Made by a program: the position numbers and the translations under genes. The notes beneath the pieces were generated by a model that was not told the DNA's origin, did not search any database, and worked only from the letters and a program-made list of their open reading frames with translations. Of a DNA stretch of 44,379 bases, positions 1 to 9,177 are shown one piece after another. Position 1 is the first letter of the stretch. The number at the start of each line of letters is the position of its first letter. Source of the DNA: Prevotellaceae bacterium (GTDB lineage: Bacteria > Bacteroidota > Bacteroidia > Bacteroidales > Paludibacteraceae). The stretch covers positions 1-44,379 of the forward strand of contig JAISXJ010000119.1 of NCBI GenBank assembly GCA_031270565.1, given 5' to 3'.

Positions 1-355
1 TGCACAAAACCATGCCGCGCACAGTATAATACGGCGAAGGCTGGAGTTTTCGCCGAGCGGGGGTACATATTCCAATAATCAACTCATCTGTAAATGATTA
101 ATTTATGCCACTAATGCACGAATTAACACGAATAAAATTAGTGTAATCAGTATAATTCGTGGCAAAAAAAATATATAAAAATGGTCATTATGCGCGGCAT
201 GGTTTTGTGTATAAAACGAGTAAACAGGGTATAAAGAGCCGTAACTCGTTTACTTGTGTATGCACAAAAACGCACTCCTTTCAATAAAATTCCCCCTGTT
301 GATTTCAGCTTCCTGTCGATTTTTCCCTCAAGCACACGATTATTGTAACTTACCA

Positions 356-1012
356 TATATAGGCGAATGGGAAATCCTGTTCAATCCCGATTTTAATTAT
401 ACCGAATTCGGTACAATTAGAAATTCTGCCGGGAGCAACAATTTTGTTTTGTCGGTAAAGCGATGGATTGAAAAAACTAACGCAATCGGGATAACTGCCA
501 AAGCAGGCAGGTATGGTGGAACGTATGCACATAAAGATATTGCATTTCATTTTGGCATGTGGATAAGCGCTAAATTTCAATTGTTGTTGGTCAAAGAATT
601 TCAGCGCCTCAAAGAAGAAGAGCAAAAAGCCTTGGGTTGGTCGGCAAAGCGCGAACTTGCAAAAATCAACTACCACATCCACACCGACGCCATCAAGCAA
701 CATCTTGTCCCGTCGGAACTGACCCCGCAACAGGTATCAATTATCTACGCCAGCGAAGCCGATGTACTGAACATGGCGCTGTTCGGCATAACTGCTGCCA
801 CATGGCGCGACGCAAATCCCGACCGGAAAGGCAACATCCGCGACTACGCCACCATAAACGAACTGATTTGCCTCTCGAACATGGAAAACATCAACGCCGT
901 ACTCATCAACGAAGGACTTCCCCAACGCGAACGGTTGATAAAATTGAACCAAATCGCCATCCAACAAATGAGCGTATTGCAGGAAGTAGAAAGCCGTAAT
1001 TTGCTACGCTGA
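356..1012 (+). pseudogene. 5'-truncated KilA-N domain DNA-binding protein
   Basis: Translation from 356 (YIGEWEILFNPDFN...AKAGRYGGTYAHKDIAFHFGMWIS...WSAKRELAKINYHIHTDAIK) resembles Bacteroidetes KilA-N proteins. The upstream 34 codons of the ORF (254-355) do not resemble the usual N-terminus. Confidence 0.75.
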
Positions 1013-1129
1013 AATTAAGGATTACCTGCGCAGGCATGACAGGTTTTTTTTGCAACAACGCTTGACGGCGTTACATTCTTCATTCTTCATTAATAACTAC
1101 ACCCTATTAACAGATAACCAAAAAAGGCG

Positions 1130-1137
1130 TATCTTTG
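1130..1137 (+). promoter_or_regulatory. Bacteroidetes sigma70 -7 box (TATCTTTG) for trxB
   Basis: Matches the TAnnTTTG consensus, 28 bp upstream of the ATG. Confidence 0.7.
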
Positions 1138-1165
1138 CGACGTAAATTAAAGATAATATGATTAT

Positions 1166-2095
1166 ATGGAAAATATTAAATGTGTAATTATAGGCGCCGG
1201 TCCTGCGGGATATACGGCAGCCATTTATGCAGGCAGAGCCAATCTCTCGCCTGTTCTTTATGAAGGTGTCCTGCCCGGAGGTCAGTTGACCACTACCACC
1301 GAAATAGAAAATTTCCCGGGTTATCCTGACGGAATCGACGGTTTTACAATGATGGAAGACATCAAGCGTCAGGCAGAACGTTTTGGAACGGATGTCAGGC
1401 AGGGCGCTGTAACGGCAGTCAATTTTGCGGTGCACCCGTTTCAGCTTGAAATCGACGGACGTACAAATGTGCTTGCCCAAACAGTGATTATTGCCACAGG
1501 CGCATCCGCCAAATATCTCGGTTTGCCCGACGAACAGCATTATGCCGGACATGGCGTATCGGCATGCGCCACGTGCGACGGTTTTTTCTATCGCGGGAAA
1601 CGGGTGGCTGTGGTTGGTGGCGGCGACACCGCCTGTGAAGAGGCAACCTATCTCGCCGGCTTGGCAGAAAAGGTCTATCTCATAGTCAGGAAGCCCTGTC
1701 TGCGTGCGTCAGACATTATGCAAAAGCGTGTTCAACAGGCTGAAAATATTGAGATTCTTTTCGAGCACGAGACCATTGGTCTCTTTGGCGAAAAAGGTGT
1801 TGAGGGAGCGTTACTGGTCAGAAAACGCGGCACGGAAGATGAACAGCAGGTGAAGATAGCCATTGACGGATTCTTTCTGGCAATAGGACATCATCCGAAC
1901 TCCGAGATTTTCGCCCCCTACATTCACACCGACTCGCAGGGTTATATCTGTACCGAAGCCGGGACGCCCCGCACCAATATTGCGGGTATATTCGCCGCCG
2001 GTGACGTGGCAGACCCGCACTATCGACAAGCCATTACGGCAGCAGCTTCCGGCTGCAAGGCAGCTATCGAAGCCATCAATTTCATTAGAAATTAG
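1166..2095 (+). CDS. trxB: thioredoxin-disulfide reductase
   Basis: GAGPAGYTAA FAD motif, CATC active site, GGGDTA NADPH motif, AAGDV...RQAITAA. Confidence 0.97.
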   Translation: MENIKCVIIGAGPAGYTAAIYAGRANLSPVLYEGVLPGGQLTTTTEIENFPGYPDGIDGFTMMEDIKRQAERFGTDVRQGAVTAVNFAVHPFQLEIDGRTNVLAQTVIIATGASAKYLGLPDEQHYAGHGVSACATCDGFFYRGKRVAVVGGGDTACEEATYLAGLAEKVYLIVRKPCLRASDIMQKRVQQAENIEILFEHETIGLFGEKGVEGALLVRKRGTEDEQQVKIAIDGFFLAIGHHPNSEIFAPYIHTDSQGYICTEAGTPRTNIAGIFAAGDVADPHYRQAITAAASGCKAAIEAINFIRN

Positions 2096-2116
2096 AAATG
2101 GATAATAATGCAACTC

Positions 2117-2162
2117 TTCAGACAAACAAAGAACCTCACATCGGGGTTCCTGTTTGTCTGAA
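2117..2162. terminator. hairpin after trxB
   Basis: TTCAGACAAACA...TGTTTGTCTGAA inverted repeat with an inner GAACC/GGTTC stem. Confidence 0.6.
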
Positions 2163-2302
2163 CAGTAATTTAATGACAAAACAGAATGAAAAAACATCGT
2201 ATCTGTTTGACAGAGAATCAGTATTACACACCTTACAACAAATTAAATACGCAATTACCTTTTTTTAACTTGATATTGTGTTTCTCAACAAAAAATATCT
2301 TA

Positions 2303-2310
2303 TAACTTTG
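2303..2310 (+). promoter_or_regulatory. -7 box (TAACTTTG) for the M6 protease gene
   Basis: TAnnTTTG 25 bp upstream of the ATG. Confidence 0.65.
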
Positions 2311-2335
2311 CTCTCCAAATTTAACCCCCTGTATT

Positions 2336-5254
2336 ATGAAAAAAATCATATTGTTGATCGTATTATTTCTGCCCTTTTTTGCTCAGGTTTCTTTTGCAGT
2401 TCTTGCTTATCCATACCCCGTAACGGTTACGCAAGCTGATGGTTCACAGCTAACTATCCAATTGCATGGGCATGAATTTTTTAATTATGCTACCACCGTT
2501 GACGGCTATCTTTTGGTAGCCAACGAGCAGGGGTCGTATGAGTATGCCATGTGCAAAGATGACGGAGAATTTCAACGTTTAGGCGTGATTGCCCGCGATG
2601 TACGTACAAAAGAGGAGCTTGATCTCATCAAAACTCTGCAACCCAACACTGTTTTTTCTAAAAAAGAAGCTTTTGTAAGAAAAAGCAGACAGGCAAAGAT
2701 TGATTTGACGAAAAGAATTGTCCATAAACCTTTGTTTGGAAACAGCAAGGGAGTTGTCATTTTGGTCAATTTCAGCGATAAGGCGTTTTCTGTTGCAAAT
2801 CCTCGGGAGGCGTTCCACGATATGCTGAACAAGCCGAATTACAGCGCAAATGGCGCTACTGGTTCGGCTGCCGACTATTTTGCTGCAAGCAGTAACGGTG
2901 CGTTCACACCTGTTTTTGATGTCGCCGGTCCTTATACGTTGCCCGAAAACATGGCTTATTACGGCAGAAACAACGACCGTGGCGACGTCAACCCCGGACG
3001 AATGATTACCGACGCTTGTAGTCTGGCAAATGCCGATATTAACTTTGCCGATTACGACAGCGATAACGATGATGCAGTGGATAACGTATTTGTTTTCTAT
3101 GCCGGTTACAATGAGGCGGAAGGTGGCGGAGACAACACCATTTGGCCCCACCGGTCGGTTGTAAACAATTCTCCTACATTAGATGGGAAAAAAATTTATG
3201 ATTATGCCTGTTCTTCCGAACTGCGCTCTAACTATGGAACAATGATGGCGGGTATAGGTACATTTTGTCATGAGTTTGGGCATGTACTTGGGCTACCGGA
3301 TTTTTATCCAACCAATGGCGCCAATCATTATACCATTGGCAAGTGGGATATTATGGCGAACGGCTCATACAATAACGACGGCAAAACGCCGCCATCCTAT
3401 TCTTCACACGAGCGTTTTTACCTCACCTATCTGACACCAACCATACTGTCCACCGGAGATAAATACGTTTTGGAGCCATTGACAACGCATAATACAGCTT
3501 ACATTCTGACAGCAACCGAAACCCACAATCTAATCGGGAATTCTCCCAATCCGTCGGAATATTTTATGATAGAAAACAGACAAGCTGTTGGTTGGGACAG
3601 CATCGGTTTGCCCGGTACAGGAATGTTGATTTCACGCGTTGCCTATAATGCTCAACAGTGGGCTGATAATTCTCCAAACAACACGGAGGGAAGTCTGCTT
3701 ATGGATATTATGGAAGCTGACGGACATCCTACCTATTCTTCAAACAGAGATACGTATCCGGGATCTCGTAATGTAACAAGTTTTACCCCAAAACTGCTTA
3801 ATAGCACCACGCTTACATCTTCTCCAATCCTGTCTATCGAGCAACAGGGAAATTCGATACTGTTTTGTTACAAAAGCTGTGGAAGTGACGGTCCGTACCT
3901 GAAACTTTTGCCGCAAAAAGATATTCTGAGAACAGAAGTGGGTGTGCCTGTTACAAACACAATCGGCGTGAGTGGCGGCAAACTTACAGACCCCGTTGTA
4001 TTGACTTTGACAGGAACAGACCGCGGCAAATTTCAGATGCGTTTGACCGATGATGTATCCGATCAGTGGAGGAGTACGCTCACAATAACCCCTGTCGATT
4101 CCATCGTTAGCGCTTCTGTGGATGTACGCTATAACCCCGATAAACCATCCTTTTATGACAAGCATAATGCCCGTTTGGAGGCACGATCCGGTACTTCTGC
4201 CATACATACCATAGACCTTGTTGGACAATCAACCCAACGCATGACTATGGGTATTCCCGATACGTTGCACGCTACAAGAATCTCTCCGTACGCTTTTCAA
4301 GCCAACTGGAAGAGAGAAGCCGACGCTGTGGGCTACTATGTTACGGTTTATACCAAAGATGGCGCTTCGACCGATACGCAGAATTTCTCACAATTAGGTG
4401 TAGAAGTGGCGCCTGACTGGCAGTGGAATTTCATTACGGAAAGTACAAACAATCCCGCGTCTGCTCCAAAGGCTGCTCTCTTTACTTCCGTATTGGACAC
4501 CATCTGGTCGGCACACTATCCGGAGGCTGTTACGCACATCAAATTTTGGGCAAGAAACGAAAACCTCACGCAGACTGGCGCCTTTTCCATTGATGGTTTT
4601 AACGGTACGGCATGGCAAAAAATCGCAACTATACCTATCAATAAGAATATGACCGGCAGTTTTCGGGAATACTCTTTGAACGCTGCAGATAATTACCGGC
4701 AATTCCGTTTCTCCTGTGACAGCGTCTCTACGAGAGGTATGGCATTCGACGATTTCTCGGTAACCTATCCGTTATCCATCTTGAAAAAATCAATCCTTAC
4801 GCATATTGACGAAAATGCAGAGCCAACAGAGCACGATTCTTTGCGAATCACCGGACTGACTCCAAACAAAGATTACTATTATCGGGTACAGGCAACGGAT
4901 CAAGACCCCAGAGGACAGTATGAAAATGTTACCGACTTCTCACTCGAAGTCCCCGTTACAACGCCGAATGGCGAAGAGGCTGACTCAAGGGTTATTACGG
5001 CAACATTTGATGAAAACGGCAATGTTCACATTGCATTGAATGACCTGGATTTGCGGGATGCAGATGGTAACAAGCAGGATTTGTACATCTTCTCAACAGA
5101 CGGAAGAATGATAAAAACCATTCCTCATACCGATTTTGCTGCCGATCCGGGAAATATTGTCATATCAGGACTGTCTCCCCAGAATGTTTATATCATCAGT
5201 TTGGGGGCGCAGCGTAAGGGGAAATATGTTAAGATATTTCAGCCCAAACAATAA
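2336..5254 (+). CDS. M6 (immune inhibitor A-like) family metalloprotease, secreted, probable T9SS cargo
   Basis: Signal peptide, A-x-P...QADGS propeptide, HEFGHVLGLPDFY zinc motif, WDIMANGSYN Met-turn, FN3-like segment, C-terminal IFSTDGRMI...VYII CTD-like tail. Confidence 0.88.
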   Translation: MKKIILLIVLFLPFFAQVSFAVLAYPYPVTVTQADGSQLTIQLHGHEFFNYATTVDGYLLVANEQGSYEYAMCKDDGEFQRLGVIARDVRTKEELDLIKTLQPNTVFSKKEAFVRKSRQAKIDLTKRIVHKPLFGNSKGVVILVNFSDKAFSVANPREAFHDMLNKPNYSANGATGSAADYFAASSNGAFTPVFDVAGPYTLPENMAYYGRNNDRGDVNPGRMITDACSLANADINFADYDSDNDDAVDNVFVFYAGYNEAEGGGDNTIWPHRSVVNNSPTLDGKKIYDYACSSELRSNYGTMMAGIGTFCHEFGHVLGLPDFYPTNGANHYTIGKWDIMANGSYNNDGKTPPSYSSHERFYLTYLTPTILSTGDKYVLEPLTTHNTAYILTATETHNLIGNSPNPSEYFMIENRQAVGWDSIGLPGTGMLISRVAYNAQQWADNSPNNTEGSLLMDIMEADGHPTYSSNRDTYPGSRNVTSFTPKLLNSTTLTSSPILSIEQQGNSILFCYKSCGSDGPYLKLLPQKDILRTEVGVPVTNTIGVSGGKLTDPVVLTLTGTDRGKFQMRLTDDVSDQWRSTLTITPVDSIVSASVDVRYNPDKPSFYDKHNARLEARSGTSAIHTIDLVGQSTQRMTMGIPDTLHATRISPYAFQANWKREADAVGYYVTVYTKDGASTDTQNFSQLGVEVAPDWQWNFITESTNNPASAPKAALFTSVLDTIWSAHYPEAVTHIKFWARNENLTQTGAFSIDGFNGTAWQKIATIPINKNMTGSFREYSLNAADNYRQFRFSCDSVSTRGMAFDDFSVTYPLSILKKSILTHIDENAEPTEHDSLRITGLTPNKDYYYRVQATDQDPRGQYENVTDFSLEVPVTTPNGEEADSRVITATFDENGNVHIALNDLDLRDADGNKQDLYIFSTDGRMIKTIPHTDFAADPGNIVISGLSPQNVYIISLGAQRKGKYVKIFQPKQ

Positions 5255-5268
5255 TTAAGCACGTTGAT

Positions 5269-5312
5269 AAATGGATGAGGTTGCCGCATACGCCGGACAA
5301 CCTCATCCATTT
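5269..5312. terminator. 15-bp-stem hairpin after the M6 protease gene
   Basis: AAATGGATGAGGTTG / CAACCTCATCCATTT perfect inverted repeat. Confidence 0.65.
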
Positions 5313-5383
5313 CTAATGATACAATTCGGGGCAGACACTTTTTGCCCCTGCAGTTTATTAATCTCATTAAATTCTTTGGAGTT

Positions 5384-6385
5384 ATGGAAGCAGAACAAAG
5401 GCTCAGAGTAGCGGTCATTGGTGGCGGAAGTTGGGCAACAGCGCTTGCCAAGTTGTTGCTGAACACAAATTCTCACCTCAACTGGTATATGCGGCGCGAA
5501 GACCAAATCGTTGATTTTGAACGTTCAGGACGTAACCCATCTTACCTGTCAAGCGTTACATTCGATACTGAACGTATTCACTTTACTTCCAAAATCAATC
5601 ACGTAGTACAACAATCCGATATTCTGTTTTTTGCCACACCGTCTCCTTTCCTGAAATCACATCTCAAGAAACTGCGTCTCCGTTTGGATGACAAGATTAT
5701 TGTGTCGGCAATTAAAGGTATTGTTCCTGATGAAAATGTTGTCGTGTCGGAGTATTTTCACCGGTATTATAATGTACCGTTCGAACAGTTGGCGGTGATC
5801 AGCGGTCCCTGTCATGCGGAAGAGGTTGCTTTGGAACGGATGTCCTATCTGACGGTGGCGTGTAAAAATCGCGATCTGGCTCGCACACTGTCGCAAATGT
5901 TTACCAGCGCTTTCGTACAAACCTATACCAGCGAAGACCTCTACGGCATTGAGTTCTCCTCAGTGATGAAAAATATCTATGCCATTGCCGTGGGCATCTG
6001 TTATGGATTGAAATATGGCGATAATTTTCAGGCAGTGCTTGTATCAAATGCCATTCAAGAGATGAACCGCTTCTGTAATGCGGTCTATCCGTTGCACCGT
6101 AACCTGCAGGAATCGGTCTATCTGGGTGATTTGCTGGTAACTGCCTATTCCAAATTCAGCCGTAACCGTACTTTTGGCACGATGATCGGCAAAGGCTACT
6201 CCGTAAAAACCGCACAGGTGGAGATGGAGATGATAGCTGAAGGATATTACGGCACAAAATGTATCTACGAAATAAATGAACATTTTCAAGTCAAAATGCC
6301 TATTATGGAGGCTGTTTACGCAATTCTTTACCAGCGCCGGTCGCCGGCGGCGGTGATGCGTGCTTTGACATCACAGTTAGAATAA
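5384..6385 (+). CDS. gpsA: NAD(P)H-dependent glycerol-3-phosphate dehydrogenase
   Basis: GGGSWATALA, SGPCHAEEV, KNIYAIAVG, GDLLVTAYSKFSRNR motifs. ATG at 5384 preferred over TTG at 5342. Confidence 0.95.
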   Translation: MEAEQRLRVAVIGGGSWATALAKLLLNTNSHLNWYMRREDQIVDFERSGRNPSYLSSVTFDTERIHFTSKINHVVQQSDILFFATPSPFLKSHLKKLRLRLDDKIIVSAIKGIVPDENVVVSEYFHRYYNVPFEQLAVISGPCHAEEVALERMSYLTVACKNRDLARTLSQMFTSAFVQTYTSEDLYGIEFSSVMKNIYAIAVGICYGLKYGDNFQAVLVSNAIQEMNRFCNAVYPLHRNLQESVYLGDLLVTAYSKFSRNRTFGTMIGKGYSVKTAQVEMEMIAEGYYGTKCIYEINEHFQVKMPIMEAVYAILYQRRSPAAVMRALTSQLE

Positions 6386-6403
6386 AAGTATAATCACAAA
6401 AAA

Positions 6404-7771
6404 ATGGATATTCAAATGAACAAAGAACTTCAACTTTCTACCGACAAAGCATATACTTTTGTTGCGGAATCGGCTATTGAGACTTATAAAAATCGTGCTG
6501 AAGCTGCCAATCAGGCGCTTCACGATGGCAAAGGCAAGGGTAACGATTTTTTAGGATGGCTTCGTCTGCCGGGTGAAATCTCGGAAGCGCATCTTGCCGA
6601 TATTGAAACGACGGCAGCGCTGTTGCGCCGCGAATGTGAAGTAGTAGTGGTGATTGGCATTGGAGGCAGTTATCTCGGCGCTAAGGCGGTGATTGATGCG
6701 CTTTCAAATACATTCGACTGGCTGCAGACCAAACGTACGACGCCTGCCATTGTCTATGCCGGACAGAATATCAGCGAGGATTATCTCTTTGAGTTGCAGG
6801 AATTGCTTAAAACAAAGCGTTTCGGCATTATTTCCATATCAAAATCAGGCACAACCACCGAGCCTGCTATCGCGTTTCGCCTGTTGAGTAAACAGCTCGA
6901 AGAGCAGCAGGGGACGGACGCCGCTCGCCGTTTGATTGTGGCAATCACGGACAAGGCGCGTGGCGCGTTGCATACGCTGACAAAACTGCGGGGATATAAG
7001 TCATACGTCATTGAGGACAATATTGGCGGACGTTTCTCTGTGTTCTCGCCGGTTGGGTTGCTGCCGATTGCCGTTGCCGGACACGATATAAAAGCGCTGG
7101 TGCAGGGCGCTGTCAGGATGCAGACCCGTTGTGAGCCTGCCGTTCCGTACGGGCAAAATCCTGCCTGTCAATATGCTGTGGCTCGCAATATTCTCTATAA
7201 TGCGGGAAAGAAGATCGAGATTCTGGTCAATTTTCATCCCAAGTTGCACTGCCTTGCCGAATGGTGGAAACAACTCTACGGCGAGAGCGAAGGCAAGGAG
7301 CACAAGGGTATTTTTCCGGCAGCAGTGGACTTCACCACCGACCTACACTCAATGGGACAGTGGATTCAGCAGGGAGAACGCACCATCTTTGAAACAATGA
7401 TTTCCGTTGCCCAGCCCAATTATGAAAAAAGAATCCCTTTTGACGCGGACAACCTCGACGGACTTAATTTCATTGCGCAACGACGTGTGGATGAGGTAAA
7501 CAAGATGGCAGAACTGGGAACGATGCTGGCGCACCTTGACGGCGAGGTTCCCTGTCTGAAAATAACTCTGCCTCAACTCAATGCCGGTTACATTGGGGAG
7601 TTGCTTTATTTCTTTGAGAAAGCATGTGGCATCAGCGGATACCTTTTGGACGTGAATCCTTTCGACCAGCCCGGCGTGGAAGCCTATAAAAAGAATATGT
7701 TTGCGTTGCTCGACAAGCCCGGATTTGAAGAGGCAAGCAAAGCTATCAAAGCACAACTGTCTGAGGTTTAA
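6404..7771 (+). CDS. pgi: glucose-6-phosphate isomerase
   Basis: [49 protein letters not shown] motifs. Confidence 0.97.
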   Translation: MDIQMNKELQLSTDKAYTFVAESAIETYKNRAEAANQALHDGKGKGNDFLGWLRLPGEISEAHLADIETTAALLRRECEVVVVIGIGGSYLGAKAVIDALSNTFDWLQTKRTTPAIVYAGQNISEDYLFELQELLKTKRFGIISISKSGTTTEPAIAFRLLSKQLEEQQGTDAARRLIVAITDKARGALHTLTKLRGYKSYVIEDNIGGRFSVFSPVGLLPIAVAGHDIKALVQGAVRMQTRCEPAVPYGQNPACQYAVARNILYNAGKKIEILVNFHPKLHCLAEWWKQLYGESEGKEHKGIFPAAVDFTTDLHSMGQWIQQGERTIFETMISVAQPNYEKRIPFDADNLDGLNFIAQRRVDEVNKMAELGTMLAHLDGEVPCLKITLPQLNAGYIGELLYFFEKACGISGYLLDVNPFDQPGVEAYKKNMFALLDKPGFEEASKAIKAQLSEV

Positions 7772-7920
7772 TTTTGAGCAGTCCCTCTACCACTTTCTGC
7801 TTAAAGCAAACACTGTACCGATAGTATTTCTTTGTACATTTTTGTCATCTTTTGTCATCATTTAGGTGTCAACCTATATCAGGACATGACATCAGCAAGA
7901 GAGGCGTAATTTTATACATT

Positions 7921-8343
7921 ATGACTATAAACGAAAAACAGACCAGAATCATCGAAGACTTTGCCGTATTTGATGACTGGATGGACAAATATCAATATCT
8001 GGTTGACCTGGGTAGCGCTCTGGAGGCAATGTCTCCGGAGGAGATGACGGATGCCAATCTGATTGAAGGTTGCCAAAGTAAGGTATGGCTTGCAGCGCAT
8101 TACGCAGACGGTAGAATAATTTACCACGCCCAGAGCGATGCGGTGATTGTAAAAGGCATTGTCTCGTTGCTCGTTGAGGTACTTTCCGGAGCTACGGTCG
8201 ATGAAATTCTTGATGTCGACCTCTATTTTATTGACAAAATCGGTCTCAAAGACCACCTCTCCCCCACCCGTTCCAATGGACTGGTTGCTATGGTGAAACA
8301 GATGCGTATCTATGCGTTGGCATTCAAAACAAAATATCAATGA
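7921..8343 (+). CDS. sufE: SufE family Fe-S cluster sulfur-transfer protein
   Basis: WMDKYQYL, IEGCQSKVW, SDAVIVKG, LSPTRSNGL motifs; ATG at 7921. Confidence 0.93.
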   Translation: MTINEKQTRIIEDFAVFDDWMDKYQYLVDLGSALEAMSPEEMTDANLIEGCQSKVWLAAHYADGRIIYHAQSDAVIVKGIVSLLVEVLSGATVDEILDVDLYFIDKIGLKDHLSPTRSNGLVAMVKQMRIYALAFKTKYQ

Positions 8344-9173
8344 TTTATCTTCGCTCCAAAAAGCCTCTTTTACTTATTGCTGGGATTTTATGGTCAGCTG
8401 TCGGCACATTGCAGGCGCAGCAGACAACCGTTATGCCTTCGTCTTTTGTAGGCGGCAATGCATCGGTGGCTTATGAAAAAGCGTGGATACCTTTTCATAA
8501 TCCTGCGGCGCTGGCAGCTCAGACCTCCGCAGGAGTGCAACTGCTCTATGACAATCGTTATATCACGCGAGAACTTAGCAACAAAGCTATGAATGTGTGG
8601 TTTCCAACAAAATATTTTCATATTGGAGGGAGTTTCACCCATTTCGGTTTTGCGGAATATCAGGAAATGCTGCTGGCGGCAACGGTTGCACGACAACTGG
8701 GCGAACGGTTTCGGCTGGGCATAGAAGTGGATTATTACACCGTTTACCTCTCTCCCACAGAACGGTATGCCGGAACGTTAACGGCGCACGCAGGATGTCA
8801 GGTGAAAGTATCAGAGACGGTAAGTATTGGTTTCAGCGTATTTAATCCCGTTTTTTCAAAAATAGAGGCAGGTGCAACGGATAAACTTTTGCCGGTACGG
8901 TTTTCTCTGGGAACACGCTGGCAGATTCGGGGCAAAGTGGACTGGTTGCTGCAGGTGGATAAGGAAGTGCGCTCGTCAGTGCGCTGGGCGACAGGATTTG
9001 AATATGTCATGCTTGATTTCCTGACCGTACGACTTGGCGCATACGGGCAGCAATCATTTGTGCCGACACTGGGAGCAGGCGTAACTGTGTCGAAAATATC
9101 TTTTGACCTGCAGGCAGATTACAGTGGAACACTGGGTGTTTCACTTTTGGGAGCGTTACGTTATAGCTTTTGA
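8340..9173 (+). CDS. outer-membrane beta-barrel protein, PorV/PorQ-like
   Basis: Signal peptide, FHNPAALA motif typical of FadL/PorV-like barrels, amphipathic strands, C-terminal YSF. Confidence 0.6.
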   Translation: MIYLRSKKPLLLIAGILWSAVGTLQAQQTTVMPSSFVGGNASVAYEKAWIPFHNPAALAAQTSAGVQLLYDNRYITRELSNKAMNVWFPTKYFHIGGSFTHFGFAEYQEMLLAATVARQLGERFRLGIEVDYYTVYLSPTERYAGTLTAHAGCQVKVSETVSIGFSVFNPVFSKIEAGATDKLLPVRFSLGTRWQIRGKVDWLLQVDKEVRSSVRWATGFEYVMLDFLTVRLGAYGQQSFVPTLGAGVTVSKISFDLQADYSGTLGVSLLGALRYSF

Positions 9174-9177
9174 ACAA

